A stretch of DNA of 63,735 bases, filler included, from Salisapilia sapeloensis CBS 127946 (GCA_023334545.1; 10 parts of 10 records of this genome joined end to end with filler, not necessarily neighbours in it), one strand, 5' to 3'. Counted from the whole stretch's first letter, positions 33,657 to 47,017 are shown. The notes: generated from the letters alone by a model not told the origin. Translations and numbers: made by a program.

Positions 33657-36600
33657 TCGTAGTGAAACACTTGTATGATGCTAGTCTCGTGAGGATATAC
33701 CTTTCGTAGCCTACTCCTCGCCAAAATTAAGTCATTAATTGTCTTTGAGCAGGTCTTGTCTCTAGGTCCGTCATCGATCTTACTTTAAAGTGTAGCGTGT
33801 AGGAACACATATGTCATAGCACGTTGATTTCCACCCCTCCAGTGGTTCTACCTATACTAGTCGACTCATAAACAATATGATAAGGCTTTAAAAGCAATCG
33901 GAAATGATCGACACTTGAGAAAAGCACTGCGCTCTGCGGTTGATAATCCTTTTGACTTGTCAGTCCTCTATTAATACTATGTAATGCAATCGTATCTTTC
34001 CTTCGCTTTCTTTGCTACCACAGTCGCTTTAAATGCAGCATGAATTACTTAAAGGTGTTTAAAATTCTCCCATCTTCGACGTGTTCACTTGGTCGAAGAG
34101 CACTCCTGTATCCTCTTCGCTTGTTCAGAAGACGCACAAGAAAATTGTACACTTCGCGATTGATAATAGCTCCCTCTGCGTCTTCAGCGAGATGATGCGA
34201 CGGTACCTGTGCTGCAGCGTGAAAGACCTTTCTTCTTGCTTATTCGCATACAGAGAGTTACTTGCGTGATCACACTGTACTGGATATGCTACCAAGCGAA
34301 CTCTGCGTTCGTCGATATAGCTATCGATGCTTTTTTCCTTCTCCGAACGAACAACATACTGTTTGTCTGGAAGATGGCAAACATTTTCTCGCTCGACAGC
34401 AATCCTCCCACGCAGACACCGCGTCACCAAACATCACATCTGACTTATGCAAGAACAAACCTCGAGCTATCGCTGCTCGACCTGTGTGGACTGGGTGAGC
34501 ACTGAAGAAGCTGTGAAGAAAAACGAGGAACGAACCTTGGTCCAGCTCCTCGGCCGTGCAACCCACCTGCTCCGTGCACTGCCGCCTCGCATCCATCAGC
34601 TGCCGGCACCTCTCTTCCAACGCGCCGAACCGGTCCGCTACGCCAATATGCGTCCCCAGTCGAGTCGATAGCTCTTCCGTTGATCCGATGCCGACGACTT
34701 TCTCGTGGAGCTGCTTGCCGTGTTCTTGCTCCAGTCACGCAGGGTGCAGTTCCAGCAGTCGGCTCTGTCGCATCGTCAGTCCTACCGAGCATTGCCGTCG
34801 ACTACAAGGGATGCGTCATTCGTACGTACCAAACACGATTGCAGCGACTCGCTGTCGTCCTGCTCGCGCGTGATTCTCAGCGCCTGGAAGGACTGGTGGG
34901 AAGTCTTGAGCGCCGCGTCCGCCGCCGCGCTGCCTCATACCGTAAGATCACTTGTAAATAATGTAGAGACTTAGAAAGTTGCCGGAAAGAATACCACACC
35001 TGTGCTCCATGGTCCGTGGTACCGTCGACATGGTTTTCGTTTTTCTTGTCACGACTTGTTGTCGCTTTTGGCGCCAAAATCGGCTGTCGACCCGCTTTAT
35101 TGGTCGCATGGAGAGGGCGACCTTGAAGCTGTCGCGTCCGTGCTCTTCCCTTCGGTCGTGCTGCGAGGGCGTGGAGGGGGTTTCCAAGAGATTTCATGTG
35201 TATGGTGTGCCAAACGTCGATGGGTTCTAGCGGTAGCTCTTCGCGTGGACTGGCTGTCAAGAGCTTCTGACAGGGACGACTAGGGCAAGGCTGCAAGAGC
35301 GTGTAGCCATCTCTCTAGCTACATACCTAGACATGCGTCGAGTCTAGTTTGTCCGGTCGAGCTAGAGATGGCAAGTTACCACACCTCCACGATCTCTTGG
35401 CAGCGTCGGATACGCTCGCAGGCACGAGTCGCGAGTCGTCCAGTAACAGCCTGACGGTGCAATCTAGCTAAATACCTAAGTACAACCTAGAAACGAACGG
35501 AACAGACAACACGCGACAGGCATGTAAGATGTATTTCAGGACACCGCTGCGACCTACGAGTCGATGTCTAGGCAGTGCGACGTCCTGGAGTAAGCAGAGG
35601 CTCGAATGATGGAACGAAAAGAGATCTGTCGATAAGACTAGCCTGGTACCCGCCGCACTTGGCCGAAATTGTGCCACTTAGACCTGCATGCGGAGGCCAG
35701 TGGAAGCTCGGGCGGCTGGCTTCGATCGGAATCATCTGTAGGATAGGATAGAGGAAAGAACGGTGGTCTGGGAGTTACTTGGGCTGCTGCAGTGAGAGGC
35801 ACTGGCCTTTCCTTTCCGCGAGGCGCCTTCCACATTCAGGCGCTGGACGTAGCTGTCCTGCATTGCCGCCCGCGACACTTGCTCTTCGTACAGAAGCATC
35901 GTTACTCGTGTCCATGCCATCGATATACTGAGCGGTTAGCTCTGTGCTCGGCAGTTGGCTTGCGCGAGGGCTATGAGGTGGTCGCCTGGAAAGCAGAGGT
36001 CGCAGCGTCTTCGCACTCCATCTAGCGCATACGCTTTACGAGCGCGCCATGCATTGTTCCGTTCGGCCATCGAGAGGCTTTTATCTTTCGGAGCAAAAAA
36101 CTCCGTAGGGATCAGGAAGGAAGTCATTGCAGCCGCTCACTGAGAGCACTCCGCTGGCGTCCTATAGTGACGCTCTCTATCTCGTGATTGGCAGCGGGAC
36201 TTGCGCTTGGATCAACGCTAAGAAGACTCACGATCCATTCTGTCCCACTGCATGCTACGTATACAGAGTTACGTATGTTAGACATCTCCTTCCACCGCTG
36301 GCCTAGGTCTCTCGTGTTGTAGCTCGATAGTCTTCGTCTTGGCGAAGAGGTGGTAGCGTCACATCCGCCATCGCCGACGAGCAGAGGTATTATCGTCGTG
36401 ATCAGCACACTGGTAGAATGTAGGCGAAGCGCTTTCGACTGCACTGGTGTCGGAAACGAGAAGTCACGAAATGGCTAGCAAGTTACAGAGTGCTCTCTAA
36501 GTTCAGCCTCGTTGTCAGTCAATCGGAGACGGAATGGGCGGTCGATGTCCAGCTGTGATCACTCCTCCGTCTTCACCGGATTGAACATGCCACGTCTTTC

Positions 36601-37018
36601 GATACTGAGTTGACTCGGCCGTCGAGCGGGTGAGTTCTGTGGGGTATGCATGGCTGCTTTCATCAGAATACGCCGCTAATATCAGCGTGCGTGGGACAGG
36701 ACTATCGCGGTGGAAGGCGTCCATCCAGCATATGGACCCGGAGGAATGATGGGCGGATGCAGGAGGGTAGATGGCACTACTCGGATTCGGACAGCGAGCA
36801 CGAGCTGGAGTGGGTCTGCTCTTCTTGTTGGAAGAATAATTTTCATGTACTGATCTCTGCCATACTGCGGTGGATCCTCCTCTCGATCGACCTCGTCAGA
36901 TCTACTTGATGCATGCCAACTCGGTCTGCATCGGACGTCGGGCTTCCTACTAACCGACCGGGCGACCTGGACATCTTGATCACGAGATCGAATGAGAGCT
37001 CAAGCTGCTCAGAAAGCT

Positions 37019-37118
37019 NNNNNNNNNNNNNNNNNNNNNNNNNNNNNNNNNNNNNNNNNNNNTTAATTAATTAANNNNNNNNNNNNNNNNNNNNNNNNNN
37101 NNNNNNNNNNNNNNNNNN
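37019..37118. other. Artificial contig spacer
   Basis: 44 N + TTAATTAATTAA + 44 N. Confidence 0.99.
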
Positions 37119-37640
37119 GTAATATATCCACCGAAGCTCTATTGCTAGATGGTCATTGCGCATTTCATGCAAAGTTTCGCTATCGATTTTGGCAAGTAGA
37201 GTCCTTTCAGACGCAACAATGCTCGCGGTACGTGCACGTGAATTCATTAAGAGACCTACATCTCCAAAGCATTCTGATTGTTTCAAGCAACGTACCGACA
37301 AACTTGGCTGCATTGCTAGTATTCATCTATCGTTAGCATGACCGATGGTTGACATTTCTACTAAGAGTGGTGGAGTACCTAGATGTGGCTTGACTTCTAA
37401 TAGACTCGATCTGTGCAAGCTGTGACCTGTGTTGACGCTAGCAAACTCACGTGGCGTTGGTGCTGAAAGTTGCATGAGATTGATGATGGCATTAACAGAG
37501 CCGTAGATGATGACATAAAAGGAGTCAGCGATATCTCCCACTTTAAACAACACATCTCCTTCCTCCAACTCGACACCTTTGACACGACGCAAGTAGCGTT
37601 TCCGACTGCCCTTTGGGACATTTGCAAAGTAGCTTACCCT
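37119..37640 (-). CDS. Cyclic-nucleotide-binding domain protein, multi-exon, 3'-truncated; start unresolved
   Basis: YFANVP...EEGDVLFKVGDIADSFYVIIYGSV and CFGDVGLL...RTASIVA. Confidence 0.8.
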
Positions 37641-38073
37641 ACTTACTACACATCATATAGTTACCAAGCGTGGCGTTTGCTAGAAACTGAAGATCAAGTC
37701 ACGTACAATGGTGGTCAAGTAACGCATGGTCATCATCCGACCGCATGTCGTCTGGCAACATGAGCACCCTTCGAATACTCTTCCATGTATCTGGTACACT
37801 ATTTCCATCCATGGCAAAGCTATATCAGCTCTAGCGTCACGTACAAAATAGAGGTACTCACGTAGCTTTCATCCTTCGTTTCAAGATCGAAATACTCGTC
37901 CAAAATCTATAACTTGCCACCGACACCAACTAAAAATCGAGGACCAGAGCGAGCGACCAACGAGGTACCCGTTGTAACTTCTACCAGATCGATGCTATCG
38001 ATTACCCAATGCCCCTTTGCGCTCATCCAGTTCCTACCATGTCATATCACCATAGTCACCTTCCATTGAACCC

Positions 38074-38982
38074 ATGAATGCCGAACAAACACAAAAATGT
38101 ACCGAGCTCCTGGATCATTTTGTCAATGAGGAAAACACGGGTACGATACGATAATATAGCATCTACATGACAGGCGAGTAAATGACGACATCTAGAACCA
38201 TTTCTTGAACGAGTGAACTGGGAAGAGTTGGGTCTATATGACTACTTGCAAATCGTCAAGACGCCCATGGACCTCGGCACCATTCGCACAAGACTGGAGA
38301 ATGACGAGTATAAGAAACCAGCGGAATTTGCCAAAGACATGCGTCTCGTCTGGGACAATTGCAAACTTTATAACCAGGCAAGTGGACGTCCTAAGTCCTA
38401 CTGTACCCACATCTAAACGAAGTATTCGTGGTATTAGGACGGATCCGACTTGTACATGCTCGCGGAGGAATTGTCCAAAAGATTTGAGGAAAAAGTCAAA
38501 GCGATGAAACTCGACGTTGGTGGACCTTCGAGAGCAGACCGCAGCATTCCGTACTCTGGACAATACGCCATCTTCCTTGTAGACATTTCTAATCGATGCG
38601 ATGGATAGAGCGCCGACAGTAGATGAGAAAATTGCATTCAGTCGCAACTTGTACAAGATCCCAGCGACTGCGTTAGGCGAGGTGGTGAATGCGCTGAATG
38701 AACGGTGTGCCAAGTGTCTCGATAAGGTATGTACTAGACATCCATACACCTTTGTCGTTTTGCTCATGAGCAATGCTGTAGACGTCATCGGATGAAATGG
38801 ACATTGTCATCGACTCAATCGACAACAAAACGTTCCGGGAGGTGGAAAAGATGATCGTCGAGCGTCTACCTGAAGGCGAGAAGGCGGCAACACCACGCGC
38901 TTCCAAGAAGTCCAAGAGATCGTCGAAAGAGAGCAGTGAGCCAGCACTGAAGAAGACCAAGGTGGAGGATGAAGAGGCATAG
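38074..38982 (+). CDS. Single bromodomain + ET(NET) domain protein (BET/GTE-like); exons 38074-38140, 38196-38377, 38438-38550, 38609-38726, 38782-38982
   Basis: EPFLERVNWEELGLYDYLQIVKTPMDLGTI...DNCKLYNQ|DGSDLY; ET-like PTVDEKIAFSRNLYKI...DEMDIVIDSIDNKTFREV. Confidence 0.9.
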
Positions 38983-39113
38983 GGTGGACAACTCTTCTAT
39001 TTAGATTAGCTGCATGAGTCTATTGTCTCGCGACGTTCCCTTTGAAATGCAGAAACCTCTCCGTCGGTCCAAAATCGTTCTTACTTGCCCTTATATCAAA
39101 TGTGGAATGTCGA

Positions 39114-42100
39114 TTATCGGAAGAGGAAAGCGTAGCGATCGATGTCATCTTCACTCGAACTTCCCGAGTCACTCAAACCTTCGATTACCTTGTCTTCCTT
39201 TGATTTTTTCCTTAACACTTTCTTCGTCATTGCTGTGAACATTTGGACGCGAGAAGCTAGCTCTTCTCGAAATAATCTTGATCGAATGGCGTCATGAAGT
39301 AGGACAGCAGCGTGGATGTGATTGAGTCTATAGACACAACGTTCTCCTTTTATGCTTTGACTTTTGCCTTTTAAGACTGCTTTCCATTTCTGATCAATCT
39401 CCAATGTGGATGGCAAGTCTGCGACGGTAGAGTGGTTCACCTACATGCATAAAGAATGAAAAGAGAGAAGAGGGTGAAGAGATAATGTCGTTACCACATC
39501 GAGTACAAATTTCGCCAAACTTCGAGCAACATCGCTAAAGAAGACTTTGTTGCTTTGATAGATCGACAGATTGAGATGATCTAGAGCACATTTGTAGCGT
39601 TAATAGACCTAGTTCGATTGCATATATATCCAGGGTGATCCAACTACCTAAGAAGGCGCTCATTTCGTTTTCGGATGGGTTGTACGTTGGTCCGAAGCCC
39701 AGAGGTTCATCAAGACATTGAATCAATTTAGGCAAGACATGCCATTCCATATACCCAGTAGCATCAGGATCAAATACAGACCAGTTCGCGATGAAGTTTT
39801 CATACTGGTGCGGGCGTTAGAAAATATGAATAAAGACTTGGAGCGAAAATGAAAGAGATGACGTACGTGATGTGGTAGCAATACACTGTCGGCTCGATCC
39901 TTTTCGTTTGCAAATCCCTCCAAGATGACGGCAATGAAGATGTTGAGCAAAACGAAGGTTACTATCAACGTAAAAGTACAATAGTACACGATAGCGACTG
40001 GGCTTCCACATCCATTCAACGGTATACAGCCTTCATCACTGGTAAACCCACATACAGAGCTGTTAAAAGTCGGTTGATCGACACATCCTTCGCTTTTAGT
40101 CGCTAGCTCATGCATGATCATACTCCATTGCTCTCCAGTCGCAGAGCGTAGCTAGAAACGCAGTTTATACATATAAGTGGAAACATGGAATAAGTAGTCA
40201 CATATCGTAGATACGTACGAGGGTAATCATCGCTGTATCGATCCTTTGGAAATTGGTATTTTCAGTAATATACGTATCAAGCTCGACTGTTCCAAAGAGT
40301 TGGACTCCTATCGCGGCGTAGATGAAAAATACAAGTGCTAAAAACCATCCGATGCTTGCTAGTGAAGGTAGAGTGACGATGAGAGTGTTTACAAATTGTC
40401 GTAAGGATGGAGCTGCTTGAACGAGTTTTATGAGCTTTGCTGTACGCAAACTACGGATAATGACGTCTCCACCACTAATCTCCATACCAGACACTAGAGT
40501 GTACAAAATACTTGAGGACGATGCCAGAACAATGACAAAATCAAATATGTTCCACGAGTCTACCCAGTAGTACCTTCGCAACCCAATGATTTTAATTACA
40601 GCTTCGATGGTGTAGATAGCTGCAAATACATGGTTCGAATGCTTTAATATTTCACTGAATACGTCTTCTTCGCCGTAGAATGTGATACCCATAATAAATG
40701 TGTTCAACACGATGCAGCCCATGATAAAGTTGTCCAAGTAGGGACTACATGTTATTTGGAAACACAGTCGTCGCACGCCTGATCGTGGCACGCGAAACTT
40801 TCGGCGTGGCTTCATGTTTAATATAGCTGTACTGATGGTCAGCCATTCGCGTTGACTTCCCGACAACAGGTTTGTGCCATCTAACTTCTCTTTCATTCGA
40901 TTAAAATTATCGATAACGACACCGATGAAGAGCTGAATTATAAAGAATGCAACGACAAAGATATATGTGACGTAGAATAGAGCCCAACGGATACGAAAGT
41001 CTCTCTGTGGCTGCATATCGATGTCCGTGGCATCCACACTTGTCAACATGATCGTTGCCCAGCCTTCAGTAGTACTGATCTCAAAGAGCGTAAGCATTGC
41101 TTGATAAACATTATTGAATTGCTGCGGAATCGTTTTCTGCCATTGTGCTCCGAGCAGTTCGCATATAGAATGCGACGTGAGGTTGCGTATGGAATCGTTG
41201 GAAATTGCTGAGCTTATCAAGGTCTGGTAAATAGCACTTTCAGTCTCGTTAAACCAGCTTTGTTCATTGATCGTAAGATTCGTCCAGGGTCGAGGAAATG
41301 TGATTAAATATTGCTGTTCGTAGCTTAATGCGTCAAAAGCTGAGCCACTGCAACTGTAGAACGTACCCTTGAGATTGTTTACGGCTAGGATACTAAAAAT
41401 CGTGACGAGAAGAAGAGAGACGACAAGTACATTTAAAATCCCAGGGATAGCTGCAAATAATGAGCTGATCACAAACTTTAAGCCATCACTACGGCTGATC
41501 ATACGTAGAGGACGTAGTGCCCGAAAATAGCGGAGGGGGGATAGCGCCTTAATCTTAAAGTAAGGATCTGCAAGTCCCGGTAGTGATACGAAAGTAATGA
41601 AGAAGTCCAACATGTTCCAACCGTTGCGCAGATAGGCGTCTGGGTGCATATAGAAACCTCGCGCGATTACCTTTAGCACGATCTCTATGGTAAAGAATAA
41701 GGTTAAAGTGAAGTCTACCCATCTTCGTACGAAGACAAGCATACTGTCTGGATCATCCAACGGAGTATCGATAGCAACAGATATGGAGCTCATGGCTACA
41801 AGCATTAAGACAACCTTGTCGAATTGATGATCTTTGATAAGTTTCCATGCAAATTGACGGATAGGATTGTACGATGAGAAGATAAACAACGACGCTCCTT
41901 CTGGATATGAGTTCGTGGCAAGGAATGTAGATACTACTGCGGAGTTAGTGGCACTTCGTCGTTTGATCTTACGATCTGGGTCCGCGTAATAAGGATCTTT
42001 AGCTAAGCCATTTGCAGTCATCATTGTTGACCTCTTAGTTTTAACTTCAGAGTCGGTTGGTTCAACGGACACCAAGCTATTGCGATGCTCGGTACGCGAA

Positions 42101-45098
42101 CGTCGCTTGGACTCAAGGGTATTGCTGCCCCGTGGCACTTCTCGTATTGGAAAAACTCGCGAGCGGCTTCGTAGTTCCTCTTTCTCTGTAAGAAACTGCT
42201 CTTGATCTGAGGTATCTTCAAAGTTACCAAGCATAATCGCAAGAAAGAGGTTGAGCAGGACAAAATTTCCGATGACTACCAACGAGACAAAATAAAATAT
42301 AGTGGATGGCCCCACAGTTCTCCATCCATCCAACATCACGTCAGACCAGTTCTCACCAGTAAGTATCTACGTCAAGTCTATCAGTATCACATATGGAAAC
42401 TACAACAACTCTAAGTTACCTGAAAGACGGTCACCATAGCCCATGCAATCGAGTCAAAGTTCGCTCGTGGGACATGCACCTCGCGTTCCTCGATCGAATC
42501 TGTCGATGAGATGACGTATCCATCTTGATCAAAACGGAGTTGGTTACCAAAGATCTGCATCCCGACTAATGCGTAAACGTATACGACTAGAAACAGAAGG
42601 ACACTAAAGTTTCCAACTTCGCGGATCGTTCGGAAAATTGTGACAAGAAGCTTGTGTAAAGACGACCAGGATCTAGTGCAAATGTTAGATGACACAGTCA
42701 TAATAAAGCAGAACTTGTGCCAGAAAGCAAAAACTCTACCTTGCAATTTTAAATAGCGTCAGTATACGAAAGGCTCGTACCCCAGCTAGCCAGGACATAC
42801 TGTCGAGATTCGCCCCTTTCGTATCAACAAGAAACTTAGGAGGCATCACGCAGATGTCGATAACAGCAATGGTTGCTACCACTGCATCCAAGAGGTTGTA
42901 TCGATCGTATGCCCATTGCGTGTAGCCAAGGCCCAAGATCAATAAAACCACTTCTAGAACGAACCATAATGAAAGTTTAAAGTTAAAGTGGTCGATAAGG
43001 TCTTGCAGCTTATCATCCATTGGATGCTTATCCAAGCACAGAATGATAGTGTTCATAACAATTGCTCCAATGCGCACGAAATTGAATACTCGATGCTTCA
43101 CAACCTTGCCGAGTTTCTTTCTCCATTCGCTTAGAGAATGAGTCTTTAATAACCTTGCTGTTAAGTTTTTCGCAGTTAATTGGATTTCGCGAGTATGCTG
43201 AGCAGCGGCATCACTTGCATGTTCCTCTGCGAAATTATCCCAAATGACAGCCAGTGCCAAGTTAAGGACAACATAGGACGTGATAAATACAAATGAGAGA
43301 AAATAGAAGACAGATACTGCCTCACTGCCAGCATCGAAAAGTTGATACATTATCGCACTCCTGCACACAAGAGATCAATAGTGCCCTCTTGTACAAATCA
43401 AAGTAACAGTTTGTGCTTACCATCCTTCTCGAGGCATACACAAGAATAATATAAGAACTGCGGACCAGATATTGTCGAAAGTAAGCATCCCATACTTCAT
43501 CTCCGCGTTAAATGTCGATGCTTGTAAAATTCGACGATTTATGTCTTTATCTGGATGTGTGAACCGAAAGTTACCATGCTCGTCGTAGTCGGAACCACAA
43601 GTCTATGGAAGTACAATTGAGTCGAATGCAAGTACGATAGATTCAGTTGAAAAGCTAGCTGAAGGATGGAATGTACCTGACCAGTTGGGCATGTACGATA
43701 TCCAGTCTTTTGTAAATTACAACTTCTTGGTGACTCTTCTGGTACTACTGCCCAATAGCATATCCGTGGTGAATCTAAGAAAAGCGTGCATCCGTACAAG
43801 TTAGACGCAGGCTATTGATTAATGAATATAAGAGCTACTCCAAGGTGAGGTGTCGTGGCTCCACTTGGAAGTTTCAAGTGGTATAATCATTCCATATTCA
43901 TCGCGGCATCTATACTTGCTTACGTTTTGAAGTACAAGGTCTTGATACTGTGTAAAGTTATCCATCGTCAGCGTAGGATCCAACGCGACGGGATAAGGAG
44001 TAAGTCGACACCGTTGGTGGAATTCTCCTTTCCATATCTGAACGCCGATCACACCGTACAAGAAGAAAAAGAAGGAAAGACATACAACTACACTGAGAAG
44101 CTCTGGCATGGACTTGAGTAGCGCGGAGACTAGCTTCTTAATTCCTGGCATGGCGTTTACTAACCGTATGGGTCGAATGGGTCGAAAAGCTCGGAGTATC
44201 GAAAATTTCTTCAGCTCTGGTATAGATCCAGCTAATCCGAATAAGACGACAATGAGGTCAATCCAGTTCCACGGATCCGCCAAGTACGAGCCATGCCCGA
44301 TGACGAGCCCCATTGCAATCACCTTAAGTATGCACTCAACAGAAAATAAAATAGTGAAAAGAGTGCTAGCATAATTAACAACGGTATTGTACATCGAAGA
44401 TGAGCTGTCTAGTTCACCATTCGAGTTCAACTGGTTCATGTCCGCCAATCCCAAAATCAGTGAATTGGCACAAATGAGAAATAGAACGCAGCGTTCAAAC
44501 ATGGATGAGGTGACGAGCCGAATAACACTTTGTCGAAACAAACTCGTTTCGTCAAAGTAGGCGAGAGAGTTGGTTGCAAACTATTTCATCATTATAAAGC
44601 GAACAGCTATTAAAGTATTTAATCATCAATACATACCAAATATCGCTTGCCATGTATATAAAAATTGTACCGCTCTCGAATATCTGTCGATCCATCTTCA
44701 TGAGCATACGTCCCAGGAGAGGAATTGATGATGGATTGCATAATCATATTAGCTTCCTGCGCCTTTGCGCTCGAAGTCCGACTTTGATATACATTCGTCC
44801 GGTCAATTCTAGCTGGATTTTGTTGGTCATCACCAATGCTATGTCGTAGGCTATGCTGAGATCTTATATTTGATAGATCTCGAGATTGCTCGCCTCTTGC
44901 CCGTTTGACCTCTGCTCTCGATAGAAACGTGCTCAACACAAAGCTGGCCGTCACATTACCACCTGGTAGAGTCGCATTTGGCGCTGGTGTACGACCAGAT
45001 TTATCGATCTGGCGTCGTTTCTCGACATTTGCCATCCTCACCTCTATCCTATCTGGAGGTTTCTTAGGAACGAAGAGACGCGAGTTAATTGAGATCAA
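39114..45098 (-). CDS. Four-domain voltage-gated Ca2+ channel alpha subunit (EEEE filter), multi-exon
   Basis: Four S4 segments (LRAFRPIRPIR; VRAFRILTLFKIAR; LRYFRALRPLR; IRSLRTAKLIK) and P-loops MPREGW, LTGENW, STTEGW, ATGEQW; EF-hand-like C-terminus FDPDATG. The junctions I checked keep the frame. Confidence 0.93.
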
Positions 45099-45166
45099 GT
45101 CGGAGCTTTCTTAAGTTACAGAAATATTTCTACCTAGCTATAGTTAGGCCCATCCTAGATGGTCAC

Positions 45167-47017
45167 CTAATTCGATCGATCTTGGAAACTGCCATGATGC
45201 TCTTGAACTAGCCACACATCATCCGCGATGGTTCCGTAAAGTCCTGCAGCAGACGGATTCTCCGGATCCGCTTCCACTTGCTGCCAATGAATATGCGTCG
45301 CATTATACACTTGGAGACGACTATAGCCAAAGACAGAGTTCCGGAACGCATCCCACGTCGCCTCGGGCAACTCAAAGTCCGTACGCATGTTGTACAGCTC
45401 GTACTGGCCAGAAGCTCCGGTCAAAATATGCGTCGTGGCGCGCATGTTGGTCGTACGATGCCACGTTTCCCCTTTATACACATCGTAAGCTCGCTCATAG
45501 TTGTGCTGATGACCGCAAATGTACAGGTCGACACCGTGGTCAAAGAACAAGTCTTCCCATTGCTCTCGTAGAAGCTGTGCTTTCTTCCCTTCGCAGTTCT
45601 TCTCGTCTGACGTGCAGTACATTGGTCGATGTGCCATGACAATGACCCATGGCTGGGCTTGACGATTCCTATCCGCTTCTGACAGATCCTTCTCTAGCCA
45701 TTCCTGCTGTCGACGAATAGTGTTTTCTTTATCTGGCGTGTGCTTAAAGTAGATTTCAGTCGAAAGAACGACAAAGTGCACGAGTCCAACATTGTACGAG
45801 TAGAACCACGAGTTTGGAGCTTCCCCATGTCCCGACACGACTGTTCCTGCATTCGCTGGCATAAGACGGAAGAGCTCTGAGTAGTGACTGAACGCATTGT
45901 GCTCCTCATGGTTTCCAGTCGCCACCATAAATGGCACCCAAGCCGCTATCGGTTCCATCTCGTCCATGAAAATGTTGCCAACGTGGCCGTTCGCCAAGTG
46001 CAGATCGTATGCGTAGTCGCCCATGGATACGACAGCATCTACAACCCCCTCTGCGACCTCCGACTGCATCATTGGTAGTGTAGCGGCATTCTGGTAGCCA
46101 ATGTCCCCCGTCACGAGGAATCGTTGAGGGAGGATGCTAGCTACTTGGTCTGGGGCTGGTGCCGTCTTAAATGAGTACATCAAGGACCATGATTCGTACT
46201 CTGGGTTGCCTACACGATACGTATAGCGCGTGTTGGGCTTGAGGTTTTTCAGCTGGACGACGTGCATCCACTGCTGTGCTTTTTCCTCGCCGTCGTCCGT
46301 GAACAACGTCGTCGCCGCTACTTCCATCTTGGTATCAGCAGCATTTTCAGAGGATTGCAAGTAGCCTTCCGTCAGTTCCAAATAAGAAGTGCCGCGGATG
46401 CATTCGCCCATAGTCGCCCATTGAATAGCATAGCTGTCTGGCGTACGGCCGTAAGCAGTGTGCACACGCTTTGGTCGACAAGTACGAGCCATTTCACCTT
46501 TCCAAACGGTATACTCGTTCAATCGTTGGATACTGGACCAGCCATGGTATCGAGATCCGACGACAAACTCGATCTCATCCGGTTTTTCATCCGACTGCAG
46601 TTCGATCCATGCTCGATGAGTCGTGAATCCAGCGTTAGGTACAGTATAGGCGTGTGCTGCTCGGCGTTGAAAATCACCTTTGCCATTGTTGCTATGTCGG
46701 TAGCGCACTTCCACGAGCGATTCTTTTGCACATGACTTCCATGGATCCTTGAAACCACGTAGTGATTTCTCATGGACATTCGGCAAATAAGAACGTCGAG
46801 TCGCCCATTCCACCACTGCTCTGCTCCCTAATGAAAAGGAACGAACGGCGAATGGGACGCAATTTTCAACTTCACGCTTTTGAATCTCTGCGTCGGACGC
46901 TTGTGATGAAAGGCCGAGCTCGGCATCTCGTAATGGCTCCAGGGTAGCCATTGTGGTGGATATTGGGAAGCATAATGCTACCAATAAAACGCTCGCTATC
47001 CTCTGTAGCAATTGCAT
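45167..47017 (-). CDS. Secreted purple acid phosphatase-like metallophosphoesterase, 616 aa
   Basis: Signal peptide, FN3-like LKPNTRYTYRVG, and motifs GDIG, GDYAYD, GNHE, AHRP, GHQHNYER. Confidence 0.93.
   Translation of the reverse strand: MQLLQRIASVLLVALCFPISTTMATLEPLRDAELGLSSQASDAEIQKREVENCVPFAVRSFSLGSRAVVEWATRRSYLPNVHEKSLRGFKDPWKSCAKESLVEVRYRHSNNGKGDFQRRAAHAYTVPNAGFTTHRAWIELQSDEKPDEIEFVVGSRYHGWSSIQRLNEYTVWKGEMARTCRPKRVHTAYGRTPDSYAIQWATMGECIRGTSYLELTEGYLQSSENAADTKMEVAATTLFTDDGEEKAQQWMHVVQLKNLKPNTRYTYRVGNPEYESWSLMYSFKTAPAPDQVASILPQRFLVTGDIGYQNAATLPMMQSEVAEGVVDAVVSMGDYAYDLHLANGHVGNIFMDEMEPIAAWVPFMVATGNHEEHNAFSHYSELFRLMPANAGTVVSGHGEAPNSWFYSYNVGLVHFVVLSTEIYFKHTPDKENTIRRQQEWLEKDLSEADRNRQAQPWVIVMAHRPMYCTSDEKNCEGKKAQLLREQWEDLFFDHGVDLYICGHQHNYERAYDVYKGETWHRTTNMRATTHILTGASGQYELYNMRTDFELPEATWDAFRNSVFGYSRLQVYNATHIHWQQVEADPENPSAAGLYGTIADDVWLVQEHHGSFQDRSN

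Noticed and set aside
36646-36909. EWVCSSCWKNNF resembling half a RanBP2 zinc finger
   Set aside because: No second Cys pair in frame or after the plausible splice.
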